Source: Paraspadella gotoi (Eukaryota; Animalia; Chaetognatha). From it: a DNA stretch of 64,000 nucleotides. The stretch spans positions 9,370,538 through 9,434,537 of the forward strand of contig CM119266.1 of NCBI GenBank assembly GCA_051294375.1, given 5' to 3'. The translations under genes and the position numbers were made by a program. Below the pieces are notes generated by a model. That model ran no database searches and was not told the DNA's origin. It saw nothing but the letters and a program-made list of their open reading frames with translations. Position 1 is the first letter of the stretch, and each line of letters starts with the position of its first letter. Shown one piece after another: positions 23,901-37,678 of this stretch.

Positions 23901-25226
23901 AAATTATTTCTTTCCATTTCAAGTAAATTCAATAGAGAGGAAATCTCCAGTACAGCTTGGAACTATTTAATTCGGCTAAAACCATTGCTCCGAATTCAGA
24001 AAAAATAAACATTGCGCCTCTTAAGCAGCTCGCCATCGGTTCGGAGGAAAAAGACAAGTGCCCGCAAAGAAGGGCGTCGAAAGGAATGGAAAAAAAGAAA
24101 GAAGAGGTTGGCCTCCTCGAGAAAAAGGGAGAGAGAGAGAGAGAGAGAGAGGAGAAGAGAAAGACTTGGTGAGAGAGAGACGAGGAAGAGGACGAGAGAG
24201 AAAGAATGACGATGAGAGGAGGAGAAAGAGAGTAGGGTGCGAAGAGGAGATAGGAGTGAGACGGAACTGGGTAGGTAGAGATACTTTCGATGAGAGAACA
24301 CAGATAAAGAAAAGACGGCCAAAGCGTATACTCTGACTGCCACGACATTTGAGTTTTAGTCGTGAAAGACTTTCGACGGTTTATAGCAGAGGGTAAGGAA
24401 TGGAGGGGGTGTGAGGGAGGGGGGAGGCTGGTCCTCTAAAATTGGCGGGCATGGGTCGGTGGTTTGGCATGGAAAGTGAGGCCGGAGATCGAAGGTAGAT
24501 TTGGAAGAAAACGAGAGGCAGAGACAGCTCAAATGACGACGTCGTGTGGTCCGCCGCAGGGGGGATAGATTACGACTGAGAGAAGGCGAAAAGAGTAGAG
24601 AGAGAGAGCTCTGCAATTTGAGAGAGACCGAGTAGCCCTATGTGTCACAAAGAAATGAAAGCTTATCTAAGACTATCAACAGAGATGAGAGAGAGTCTTA
24701 ACTATAAGAAGCTGAAACGTCGAGGTGGTTTCTCCGTTATTCGCTTGTCGTTGCTGGCTGGTTTTTTCTTAAATGCCATTCCCGGTTTTCTCATGTCATA
24801 TTCCTCCATTCTTTATACCGATGTCGTAGTCTATTTCTATTTAAATTTTTTATAATTAAATTTTAAAATCATTTTTTCATACATTTCTTCTTTAGCCTTA
24901 TTGGCCTTATAGTATTCATGTATTTACTTTTATCTAAATTTTATCTCCATTTTCGAAAATTTTTTAATAAGTAGGATCTTTTGTATAAAACTTTTTTTAA
25001 CATTTTTCTTTCTGTGTTCTAGTTAGGATTTGTTTTTTTACTCTTTATTAAAACATTTTTTTACCATTCCGACTCGGACTTTCCCCCCCCCCGACTTCAG
25101 CTCATTTCTTTCGGTCCGCCATTTGAATTTTTTTTCTTTTTTTCTCGTTCGAATGGAATTCGGAATTCCGAAGGAAAAGACCAAAAATAAATCCGAACGA
25201 TTCTCACTGAAATGAAGGAGTGATGA

Positions 25227-25266
<40 letters not shown>

Positions 25267-27482
25267 CATTGAAAAATACGATTCTTCCTTTGCTGCTCAG
25301 TTGGTTCACTTTCTAGTTATTGTAAGGTTATCGTAAGGGTACTGTACAAATCCGAGGCAACGTTCATCCATGAAGTAGATCGCGAAACCATAAGGGGAGA
25401 AAAAAAAATCAAAATTGACAATCCCTCTAGATTTTTGTTCGTCCAATATTAGCGATTATCGCATAAACTAAAACGTCGACTAAAAAACGATCCTCCTCTT
25501 CTCCCGCTCAACAATCGCCCGCCACGCCCACCGCCCCCCCCCTTTCCGCCCGGTCACGCCATCGAGGTCTCACGTGAACGCACGTGCGCCACGCCGACCG
25601 ACGAACGGTCGCGTCTCCCGCGTAATTGAACTCGCGACGAAGCGTGCGCGGGGCGGAGAGAGAAAGAGAGCGCGTGCGCGCGATTAGATTTGCGCGCAGC
25701 GTGTTCGACGTGCATTGCGTGCGCGAGATCGAGGAGTCTTTCTTTTATATTAACCGATGAAAGGAGACGACAACGACAACGACGACGACGACGAAGAAGA
25801 AGAAAGAAGAAAACGAAAACAATATTTTCGATAAAATCGATTCCGAGCGTCAGCCTTCGGGTCATCCGAAGTGGAAAAGGGTCCATGGCCCCGGGGGGCC
25901 GGGGGGTCATTGACGACGGGGTCGACTGAACTCACTCGACTGAGAATTTTCACGAAAATTCCTGATTTAATTTTCCGTCGTTGAATTCAGTTTTTTTTAG
26001 TCACTTTTCGGTCGGTCTGTCGCTCGGTCCGTCGCTCGGTATGTCTGTCCGTCGATCTGTCCCACTTATGTTAAAAATGCATATGATTTGCTTTTACTTG
26101 GTATCTCTTTTGTTCAGACAGAAAAAAAATCTGAAATCTAAGGGACTGCATGAGCCGCCTTCAGGAAATTCTAAAACTTAATGGAATAAAAGACGGAATT
26201 TTGATGCAGTGCAGGTCATAAATACACGGGCGAAGAAGGTTATTGTAGTCATGAAGTCATGTTATGTCAGGTGAAGTCATATCACGTCATGTCATGTCTC
26301 GTCATGTCAGGGTCATGTCACGAGAAATATACGCGATAAAGCAGTCACTGTGGCTCAACACATTTGAATTACCGTTCTTGTTTTCATCTAGTGATCAAGA
26401 ACTCACGTCCTTCACACCAAAAATAAACTCCAGAAAAGCTGAAATACAAATTCCCTTCTTCCCTCTTGACCCCAATCGCCTCATTTCAGAATCGCTGACA
26501 CAGTTTGACCCAAAAACAGAAACGAGTGAAACACTTTTCTTTCTTTTGGTTCTCGAACTAAAAATTTAGGTTTGTTTTTAACTGGATTGTAAAAAGTATA
26601 AATTAAATTTATTGTGATCGCGAGAATAGGTCAACTTTTGATTTTTATTTTTTTCCTACAGAAAATAAGATCCAATTCCAACTGTTAAAAGAGCATCAAG
26701 AGCATTTTATTTTGAACAAAAACTTGGCTTATACTAGAAAAGAATCTGTACATACGATAGACTAAAGCGAACGAGTTTTCCGATTATTGTTACATTTTGT
26801 AAAAGCTCAGTCGATATTCATATATATTTTATGAAACAGGTGCGAATACAAAAAAGTTCTTAGCACTTGGAGTTGGGTGGTGCCTCGCACGCCACGTGAC
26901 GTCAGACGTTTGACGCTTCGACGTCGCGAGGGTCGACGTCTGTCTGTGACAAGGTCGTCGACGACGACGACGACGACGACAGCGGTTTTGTCAAGCGAAC
27001 GAAAGAAATTTCAAGGTTCGCGCGAAGAATACGAAATCAACCTTTGGTTTATTAGTTATTTGCAGTAGTAATCGTTCGTTTGAGGATTATCAAAAAAAGC
27101 AACGGATATTTTACGTTAGTTTAAATCAAAATTTGACGTTACAATACATACATCGTAGAGATTATAAGATATAATACTGATTGGACATTTTGAAATATTC
27201 ACTCAAGGATGAGACACGCGTCAGTTTGTGACAGATCTTGTGAAGCGTGAAATAACGTATTTCACGACTAAGCATTCGCAACCTTCTCTCTTCTATGTCC
27301 CGAGAATAGTGAAGGAAAGAAGGCCACAGAAAAGAAAAAAGAAAAAAGGAGAAAAGAAATTGGAGTGAGAAGGCGAAAAAAAGAGGGAAAGAATAAGAAT
27401 GAAAAAGAAACGAAGTAAAAAAAAAGAGCAGGAGGGAATTAAAAAGAGAGAGAGAGAGGAGGAGAGAAGAGAGAGAGAGAGA

Positions 27483-27525
<43 letters not shown>

Positions 27526-28165
27526 GAGAGGGTAGGAAATGTCGCGAACAACACTAACCTTTGATCTTTGATCTTCCTTCCCGAATCATCTTTAATGGAA
27601 TATCTCCAGGGAGAGGAGAAAAACTTTTTCACAAAAAACAGAAATATTTTTTTGCTATGGTTTTTTTTTATTCGTCTTCTTGTTTACATCATCATACCAA
27701 GAAAAAGGAATGAGAAAAAAATGGCGTCCATTTTGATGAACGACGCCATTTTTCGCCTCCCACGGCAATTCACTCTTTCCTTTTTCCCCTTTTTTTTCTT
27801 TTTTTTCTTTCATTTCCTTTCCTCCCTATGCTTACTTTTACGATAATATATATATATATATATATCAAAACTAAAACCGTACAAAGTGACAATATCAGTA
27901 AAAATTAATATAAACTATGATCAAGCCAACATTTGAGACTTTCGAGATATAGCATCACAAACACGACGCAAAAAAAACTGGAAGGAATAAAAAAGGAAGG
28001 AATAAAAAGGAAGGAATAAAAAAGGAAGAAAAAAAAAAGGAAGGAATAAGAATAAGACTAGATTTGGTTCTCGGTTCCCCCCCCCACGCCTCTTTTGGCT
28101 CTCTTCTCTCTCTTTCTCTCTTTCTCTCTCTCTCTTCTCTCTTCTCTCTCTTTTCTTCCTTTTTT

Positions 28166-28205
<40 letters not shown>

Positions 28206-30004
28206 ATCTATCTCTTCTCTNNNNNNNNNNNNNNNNNNNNNNNNNGTTGTTTTGTTACTCGTACCCTGGTCACGCAATTGCGGTCGTTGTTTCGTTGTTC
28301 GTCGTCGTCGTCGTCGTCGAGGTAGGCGGTAAGTATGCTTATCATCGATTTTTCATAGTTTCATCGCTCGTCCCTCATTCGTCATCTTTATCTCATCGGC
28401 CCTTATTATCAACAAATGTCAACATATTGTAATCGTCACCAGCATTCAGCCCCAGGCCTATCATTGAAAATCGCCATTCACCTTAATCCGTCGTTATAAT
28501 TCGTTATCATCATCAATATTCATCCATCATTATCAATAGCACGACGTATTATCATTTATCAATAGCATTGATGTTAATGAATTCTATCATTTCGTAATCA
28601 ACTTCATCATCCATCATCATCATCGTTGTCGTCATATCGTCTTCCTTACATCTTCGTTTTTTCCGCCCGCTTCTTTCGTCGTAGTTGCCATAGAGACGCT
28701 GTCGGACGTGGAATGAATTTAAAACGACGCCGGGGCCCTCGTCGTCGCCTCTAGGGGCAACGAAGAAGGAAGGAAGGCGTGGAAGGGGAAATAGGGCACG
28801 CCGCCGCCGCGCCGCAAAGGAGTGTAGAGGCCAACATATAGGAGCAGGGCGCTGAGGCGGCCTGCGTAATGGCGTAAAACGATGGAAGCCAAAAAACCGA
28901 GGAGAGAAATGAAATAGGTTTTAAGAGACGGAAAACGAAGTCTTTTGTTTGGTTTTTTTCGGGGGTGAAGATTGTCTTTGTTTCAGTTTTGTTTATGTTT
29001 TAACTTGTCGAAAATAATGTGTTTTTTTTCCTGCAGGAAATTCTCAGCAGTTCGTGATCTTTCTCTTGCCTGAAAGTTAGTTTTCTCGTGCGGAGAATAG
29101 GAAAACGTCATAGAATAACATGGAACTTTCGGACGCCGATTTAAAAAAAAAGAGCGCCACCAAGAGGACGCCTAAAAAAGAGCGCCGACAAAAAAGAAGC
29201 ACGCCACACAAGGCGCCGCCATTGAGAAAAGACGCTCCAGAAAAAGAGCACAGCCTCTTACGAAATGAGACGCGAACAAAAAATGAATACGCCCGGGCGG
29301 GGTGAGAAAAAAAATATTAAAGTCTACGAGCGAAAAAGAGTAACCGCGACCTGAGAAGGTGAGACTGAAAGGATCCGAGCGCAGCAAAAAGAAACGATGG
29401 CGCGCGCTTAAAGGAAAGATGAAGGCCGGCCCGAGACGTCGGGGCGAGACATGACGCCGAGGCAAGAGGATGCAAAAGTTGTTAATGCTAAAAAGAGCAG
29501 ATCGTTTCTGCGAGTCGAGGTACGCTGAATTAGAGCTTTAAACGGAACCGTTAGTAAAAGAAGGGCTTTTAGTTGCGACTCAAATAAGCGAAGACCAACA
29601 ATGACTTTTGTTTGACTTTGACGATCGCGATTTTGCAACTGAACTGTGGCCCTACAGTGTGGGATCAACTAATTTCCATTTAAGAAAAAGACTCGATCTT
29701 CGCTTTTAATTCCAGTCTTTCATTTCTCTCTTGCTTCGTCTTCTGTGTACATTTTAAAGGTGGGTTTTGTTTATAGTTCTCTATATTAACATATAAAAAT
29801 GATAACCAATATATGAAAATTATTCTTTCATTTCAGTAAACAAGAGAGGAAATCTCCAGAAGCTTGAACATTTTAATTCGCACCTTCCGAATTCAGAAAT
29901 AAACATTGCGCCTCTTAAGCAGCGCCATCGGTCGAGAAAAAAGTGCGAAAGAGGCGTCGAAGGAATGGAAAAAAGAAGAGGTTGGCTCCTCGAGAAAAAG
30001 AGAG

Positions 30005-30044
<40 letters not shown>

Positions 30045-30370
30045 TGAGAACGAGAGACGAGGAAGAGAGAGAGAGAGAGAGAGAGAGAGGAGAAGAAGTG
30101 TCAGAGGAGAGAGAGAGAGAGAGAGTAGAGCAGAGAAAAGAAAAAAAGACGCCAAAGCAAACTCTGACTGACGATATGAGTTTTGTCGTGAGAGACATTC
30201 GACGGTTAGCAAGGGTAAGGCAAGGAGGGGGGTGAGGAGGGGAGGTGGTCCTAAAATTGGGGATGTGATGCGGTGGTTTGTGGAAGGAGGCCGAGATCGA
30301 AGGTGATTTGAAGAAAACGAGAGGCAGAGACAGCAATGACGACGTCGGGGTCACGCGCGGGAAGAAGAGG

Positions 30371-30410
<40 letters not shown>

Positions 30411-33400
30411 CAAGAGACGACGAGAGAGAGAGAGTCTTAACTAAAGAGCTAAAAACGTCGAAGTGGTTCTCCGTATTCGCTTGTCGGTGGCTGGGTTTTT
30501 CTAATGGCCAATCCCGGCTTTCTCAGTCATTTCTCCATCTTTATACCGATTCGTAGTCTATTTTCTATTTAAAATTTTTTTATAAATTTTAAAATCATTT
30601 TTTCATACATTTTCTTCTTTAGGCCTTATTGGCCTTATAGTTATAGTTTATTTACTTTTTCTAAATTTTATCCATTTTCGAAAATTTTTAATAAAGAGTC
30701 TTGTTAAAAACTTTTTTTAACATTTTTCTTTCTAGTCTGTGTTAGGATTTGTTTTACTCTTAACATTTTTTTACCATTCGACTCGGACTTTCCCCCCCCC
30801 CGACTTCAGCTCCATTTCTTTCGTCCGCCATTTTGAATTTTTTTCCCGCCGCCATTGTTTTTTCTTTTTTTCCGTTCGAATGGAATTCGGAATTCCGAAG
30901 GAAAAGACCAAAATAAATCCGAACAATTCTCACTGACATGAAGGAGTGATGATGACGACGACGACCGACGACGACGACGACGACGACGACGCATTGAAAA
31001 ATTAAGATTCTTCCTTTGCTGCTCAGTTGGTCACTTTCTAGTTATTGTAGCGTTATGTTAAGGTACTGTACAAATCCGAGGCAAACGTTCATCCATGAAG
31101 TTAGATCGCCTGAAATCAAGCATTTAGAGGTAGCGGATGAATAAAAAAATCTACAAATTCCCCCTTCTCCTTTTCTCCCTCTTAATTCCTCCCTCTAGAT
31201 TTTTTTTCATCCATATTAGCGATTATCCCTAAACCGTCGACTAAAAAACGATCCTCCTCTTTCTCCCGCTCAACAATCGCCCCGCCACGCCCACCGCCCC
31301 CCCCTCCGCCGTGATCACGCCATCATCTCACGTGAACGCACGTGCGCCACGCGACCGACGAACGGTTCGCGTCTCCGCGTAATTGAACTCGCGACGAAGC
31401 GTGCGCGGGGCGGAGAGAGAAAGAGGGAGCGCGTGCGCGCGATTAGATTTGGCGCGCAGCGTGTCGACGTGCATTGCGGTGCGCGAGATCGAGGAGTCTT
31501 TCTTTTATATTAACGATGAAAGGAGACGACAACGACAACGACGACGACGAGGAAGAAGAAGAAGAAGAAAGAAGAAAACGAAAACAATATTTCGATGATA
31601 AAATCGATTCCGAGCGTCAGCCTTCGGGTCATCCGAAGTGGAAAAGGGCTCCATGGCCGTGGGGCCGGGGGGTCATTGACGACGGGTGTCGACTGAACTC
31701 ACTCGACATGAGAATTTCACGGAAAATTCCTGATTTAATTTTCCGTCGTTGAATTCAGTTTTAGTTACGCCGCGAGAAACCTATTATAGTCACTTTTCGG
31801 TCGTGTCTGTCGCTCGGTCCGTCGCTCGGTATGTCTGTCCCATCGATCTGTCCCACTTATGTTAAAAATGCATATGATTGCTTTTTACTTGGTATCTCTT
31901 TTGTTCAGACAGAAAAAAATCGAAATCTAAGGACTGCATGGGCCGCCTTCAGGAAATTCTAAAAACTTAATGAATAAAAGACGGAATTTTGATGCAGTGC
32001 AGGTCATAAATACACGGGCGAAGAAGGTTATTGTAGTCATGAAGTCATGTTATGTCAGGTGAAGTCATATCACGTCATGTCATGTCTCGTCATGTCAGGG
32101 GTCATTGTCACGAGAAATATACGCGATAAAGCAGTCACTGTGGCTCAACACATTTGAATTACCGTTCTTGTTTTCATCTAGTGATCAAGAACTCACGTCC
32201 TTCACACCAAAAATAAACTCCAGAAAGCTGAAATACAAATCCCTTCTTCCCTCTCCTCTTCCTCTTCCCTCTTGACCCCAATCGCCTCATTTCAGAATCC
32301 CTGACACCGTTTGACCCAAAAAACAGAAACGAGTGGAAACACTTTTTTCTTTTGGTTCTGAACTAAAAATTTAGGTGTTTTTTAACTGGATTGTAAAAAA
32401 GATAAATTAAATTTATTGTTATCGCGAGAGGAAAAGGTCAACTTTTGATTTTTATTTTTTTCCTACAGAAAATAAGATCCAATTCCAACTGTTAAAAGGC
32501 ATCAAGGAGCATTTTATTTTGAACAAAAAACTTTAGCTTATACTAAAAAGAATCTGTACATAGGATAGACTAAAGCGAACGAGTTTTCCGATTATTGTTA
32601 CATTTTGTAAAAGCTCAGTCGATATTCATATATATATTTATGAAACAGTGCGAATACAAAAAAGTTCTTAGCACTTGTGAGAGTTGGTGTGCCTCGCACG
32701 CCACGTGACGTCAGACGTTTGACGCTTCGACGTCGCGAGGGTCGACGTCTGTCCTGTGACAAGGTCGTCGACACGACGACGACGACGCACGACAGCGGTT
32801 TTGTCAAGCCGCGAAAGAAATTTCAAGGTTCGCGCGGTAGATACAAAACCTTTGGTATAAATTTAGTATTCAGTAGTAATCGTTCGTTGATGATATCAAA
32901 AAAAAAAAAAGCAACGGAATTAGTTATAAATCAAAATTTGACGTTACATACATGCAACGTAGAGATTATAAGATATAATTACTGAATTGGACATTTTGAA
33001 ATATTCACTCAAGGATGAGACACGCGTCAGTTTGTGACAGATCTTGTGAAGCGTGAAATAACGTATTCACCGACAAACTCGAACTTCTCTATGTCCCGAG
33101 AATAGTGAAGGAAAAAGGCCACAGAAAAGAAAAAAAGAAAAAAAAGGAGAAAAGAAAAAAAAAGAAAAAATAAAAGAATGGAGGAGAAGGCGAAAAAAAA
33201 GAGGGAAAGAATAAGAATGAAAAAGAAACGAAGTAAAAAAAAAGAGCAGGAGGGAATAAAAAGAGAGAGAGAGAGGGAGAGAGAAGAAGAGAAGAGAGAG
33301 AGAGAGAAGAGAGAGAGAGAGAAGAGAGAGGGAAGAGAGAGAGAGGGTAGGAAATGTCGCGAACAACACTAACCTTTGATCTTTGATCTTCCTTCCCGAA

Positions 33401-33907
33401 TCATCTTTAATGGAATATCTCCAGGGAGAGGAGAAAAACTTTTCACAAAAACAGAAATATTTTTTTGCTATGGTTTTTTTTATTCGTCTTCTTGTTTACA
33501 TCATCATACCAAGAAAAAGGAATGAGAAAAAAATGGCGTCCATTTTGATGAACGACGCCATTTTTCGCCTCCCACGGCAATTCACTCTTTCCTTTTTTAT
33601 CCCCTTTTTTTCTTTTTTTTTCTTTCATTTCCTTTCCTCCCTATGCTTACTTTTACGATAATATATATATATATATATATCAAAACTAAAACCGTACAAA
33701 GTGACAATATCAGTAAAAATTAATATAAACTATGATCAAGCCAACATTTGAGACTTTCGAGATATAGCATCACAAACACGACGCAAAAAAAACTGGAAAG
33801 GAATAAAAAAGGAAGGAATAAAAAAGGAAGGAATAAAAAAGGAAGAAAAAAAAAGGAAGGAATAAGAAATAAGACTAGATTTGGTTCTCGGTTCCCCCCC
33901 CCACGCC
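20832..33907. repeat. Three tandem copies of a ~5.6-kb segment (20832-22831 partial; 22857-28090; 28245-33907) separated by N-gaps
   Basis: Shared landmarks, e.g. gcgtaatggcgtaaa (~21452/22934/28864) and gactagatttggttctcggttccccc (~28056/33873); copies differ by scattered single-base indels and begin or end at N-runs. Confidence 0.92.
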
Positions 33908-35302
33908 ACCCAACGTCTTCTCCCTCCTAGCTCCAGCTGTCCGCTCCTGCCCGCTCCTCCCAGGCGGTAATGGAGCTCTCTCGAAATCGTTCAGTCTTCA
34001 ACGTCCATTATCTCAATAGCTGGTTTTGGACCCAAATAAGAGAGAGGGAGAAAAGGCGGGATCGATCAATTCAAGGCCGCCACGCCTAGGGTTCCGTTAA
34101 CCGTTAATTTTTGAGGAATTTCGCTTAACTGTTAAAATAGGTTAATTTTATAATTTAACTTTAGTTTGATTTAAATAAAAATATTTTAAATCTAAAGTAT
34201 TTAAGGTTATTCTATCTTTAACTTTTTCTCCTGAATCTTTTTTATCTTCTAATTCATATAGTTGGTAAATGAAAAATTGGGTTGATCATACTATCTTGAA
34301 TCTACCTATGATAATTTAGCTAATCACTAATCAGATAATGATAAATCTTGCATACAAAACTTTTCCTTTTGCCTCATAGCATAATAAAAATTTACTTAAA
34401 GACAAAGAAAAAAAACCACAATGTAATTCTAATTCCAAATTTTTTTTTCTCTTTCTCTCTCTCACTTTCTCTTTTTCTTTCGTTATTTCTCTTCATTATT
34501 TTTCTAGTTGTTAGTTGTTCAAGCTTGTTTTCTGTTTTTATTTTTTTTATAAAAATAAATATATATTATTAATATTAATTTATTGATTGAATGTAACTGG
34601 TAAATAATCTTACGAAATTAATTTTAAATTATGACTTTTTTCTTATTTTAGGTCAAATAATTTCAAGAAGAGTTCCAAAACAAAATCAGGAAACCCGTCC
34701 GCATCTAAATGAGGCGGCGACGACGTCGTAGCAACATGAAAGGTGAGAGGTGACATTCGGGTAAGGCGTGTAATCGTAGACGGTTGCAGATGAATATCAA
34801 TAGTATTAAACATTATAATTTCTCTTATAGCGATTCCCTCATAACAAGTTAGCTTTATGAAATTGGTAAAACCAATATAAAAATTATCCATTCATTTAAT
34901 AAATAAGCTATCTTGTAAGAGAAGTTATCAATCCGTCGAAGAAAAGGACAATAATTCAATTTACATATTGCAGTGAGCATAAAGGATAAAATTACGATGA
35001 AGAAAGGAAAGTGTACCGTTAGAATTACGATTCGCATGATAATTTTTGGGTTTGTTTTAAAGGTTTAAGGAATTTGTTTACTCTGTGGCGGTAATTAATA
35101 TTTTGAAATAAAAAAGCTTAAAGCATTTCTTCGCCCAAATTGGTGGTGATGTCATTTTTCCTCATTAAATCCTGGAAACTTCTGACGAACGAGGACATAT
35201 TTCTCCTAGTGCCCCCCCCTACGTCCCTAATCCCTATCACAATGTTAGGGAAATTACAAAATCTAATATTTAAAATATTTAATATTTAATATTATTAATA
35301 TT

Positions 35303-36357
35303 AAAGCCTGTCCAAAGTCAGGGCAAGATAGCTTATTTATTTAAATGAATGGATAATTTTTATATTGGTGTGTACCAATTCCATAAAATTCAGCTCCTTG
35401 TATTTTGATGCTAGTGCGGAGTACAATAAGTATTCCCCGATCTAATACTTAAGGGAGTGGTCTTTTCAAACAATTGAAACATTCTTTTGAAATATTTTCC
35501 ACTTCATTGATAGGGAACCAGGTACTCTGGGAGTGAATAAACAAGACTGTGAGAGAGTCTTGATTGAAAGCTTGCAGGGACCTGCTATGTCATTATCTTG
35601 TAAGAGTGATGGAGGCCTTAAACCACCAAAGCCTGTCCAAAGTCAGGGGCAAGATAGCTTATTTATTAAATGAATGGATAATTTTTATATTGGTTGTACC
35701 AATTTCATAAAATTCAGCTCCTTGTATTTTGATGCTAGTGCGGAGTACAATAAGTATTCCCCGATCTAATACTTAAGGGAGTGGTCTTTTTCATACCATT
35801 GAAACATTCTTTGAAATATTTTCCACTTCATTGATGGGAAGCCAGGTACTCTGGGAGTGAATAAACAAGACTGTGAGAGAGTCTTGATTCAAAGCTTGCA
35901 GGGACCTGCTATGTCATTATCTTGTAAGAGTGATGGAGGCCTTAAATCACCAAAGCCTGTCCAAAGTCAGGGGCAAGATAGCTTATTTATTAAAATGAAT
36001 GGATAATTTTTATATTGGTTGTACCAATTCCATAAAATTCAGCTCCTTGTATTTTTGATGCTAGTGCGGAGTACAATAAGTATTCCCCGATCTAATACTT
36101 AAGGGAGTGGTCTTTTCATACAATTGAAACATTCTTTGAAATATTTTCCACTTCATTGATAGGGAAGCCAGGTACTCTGGGAGTGAATAAACAAGACTGT
36201 GAGAGAGTCTTGATTCAAAGCTTGCAGGGACCTGCTATGTCATTATCTTGTAAGAGTGATGGAGGCCTTAAAACACCAAAGCCTGTCCAAAGTCAGGGCA
36301 AGATAGCTTATTTATAAATGCAATGGATAATTTTTATATTGGTTGTACCAATTCCAT
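35303..36357 (+). repeat. ~324-bp tandem repeat (3.2 copies) of a dispersed family; fragments at ~2885-3175 (-), 34855-34915 (-), 37350-37430, 41640-41790, 46815-46950
   Basis: Unit start aaagcctgtccaaagtcaggg at ~35303, 35628, 35952, 36278; the end motif caagatagcttatttattaaatgaatggataatttttatattggttgtaccaatt recurs at the dispersed sites. Confidence 0.9.
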
Positions 36358-36398
36358 TTAATATGACTTTATCCCACACCCCCTTTTTTTCGGTCCAG

Positions 36399-37678
36399 AT
36401 GGATTTCGGCGTTCTGACGGAGATCGGGATCCCACGTCTGGCGCTTGCCTACTCGGGCTGGTTCCTCGGCGGCGTTTTCACCGGCTTCCACTGGCTCGCC
36501 TTCGTGCCCGACTTCTGCTACAACGAAAGCCGCTACTACGGACTCTTCACCAAATGCACCATCGTCGGGCACATCTTGTCCTTTTGGGTTTGCAACGCCG
36601 GTAAAAAAAGGCATATTAATATAGTTTTTATCATTGTTCCTAGTTTTATTATGATGAAAAATTAGAACTGCTGTTTTAACAAGGGTTTTTTTAAATTATT
36701 TTTTTATCGCGACGCCGAAATTATTTTAGAGAAAGTTTTAGACATTTTTATGCAATGTTTTGGACATTTTAAAAACGTCAATGATTTTTCAAATGGTATC
36801 ATAAATTTTATTTATTAGCGTATAATTTAGATGTAATTTTTTTTTGGTATTAGTTGATTTGGCTCACGGGGTAGTAAGATTTATTAAAAAAATCATCATT
36901 TATTTTTGACTGTCATAATTACTATATCGATAGTTAAATAATTTGGGCTCGTTTTTCTACCCAAATTGACTTTTTCGCAGCTTTTTGGATCATTCGATTC
37001 ATGATTGCGCCGTGGTTCATATTATGCACAGAAAGGTGACCACTCGATCATAACTTATTCCATCCATTGAAGAAATAAATTTTAATACCGACCGACCTTT
37101 CAGCATTGGGACCGCGGACCCGTACAAAATGTCGCCAGGGTGTCTCCTGTACGAGCAGACTTCCACCTACACGTCTCTCTATTTGCTGCACATCATGCTC
37201 ATGCTCTTCCTCATCGGCCGCTGGATGTTCGACGGCGCCATGCTCGTCAAGGTGTGCCGATGGCTTAGGAGACGTTCGTTGTTTACGATAATAATGATGA
37301 TTAACTTTGTAAGTAAAAGAATAAAAAGTGATACACTGGAATGGTGCTCAAACCTGTCAAATCAGTAGTCGGGTGCAAGATAGCTTATTCATTGAATTAA
37401 TGGATAATTTTCATATTGGTTGTACCAATTTAGCATTTAATTATATCAACCATGAACTTTTCAAATGTCCCCCCCAGTGGCTGCAGGAGAGTGATAAAAT
37501 TGCGCTACGAAAGCAAGCGGAATTTCACGCACAGTTCCGCCAGGCCACGATCGGGATGCTGGCCCTGGGTCACCTGCCGGGACAGCAGACCGGCAAGGCG
37601 AAACGGAACGCCGGAAACAGCCGGAAGGCCAAAGGGGGCAAGGGAAAGGGAGGTGGGGGAAGGAGGAGTCAAAACTAA
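36399..37678 (+). CDS. TM2-domain-like membrane protein (~201 aa) with basic Gly/Lys-rich tail; exons 36399-36600, 36981-37035, 37104-37251, 37478-37678
   Basis: Four GC-rich exons with GT-AG boundaries and consistent phases (1, 2, 0), total 606 nt. LAYSGWFLGGVFTGFHWLAF and GRWMFDGAMLVKW resemble the two halves of the TM2 motif (AYxxWxxGGxxGxH...GxWxxD). The gene structure is firmer than the family name. Confidence 0.78.

Noticed and set aside
20832-33907. Triplication as a biological gene amplification
   Set aside because: Copies are delimited by N-gaps and differ mainly by random 1-bp indels, as expected for gap-filling with noisy long reads; read depth would be needed to claim otherwise.
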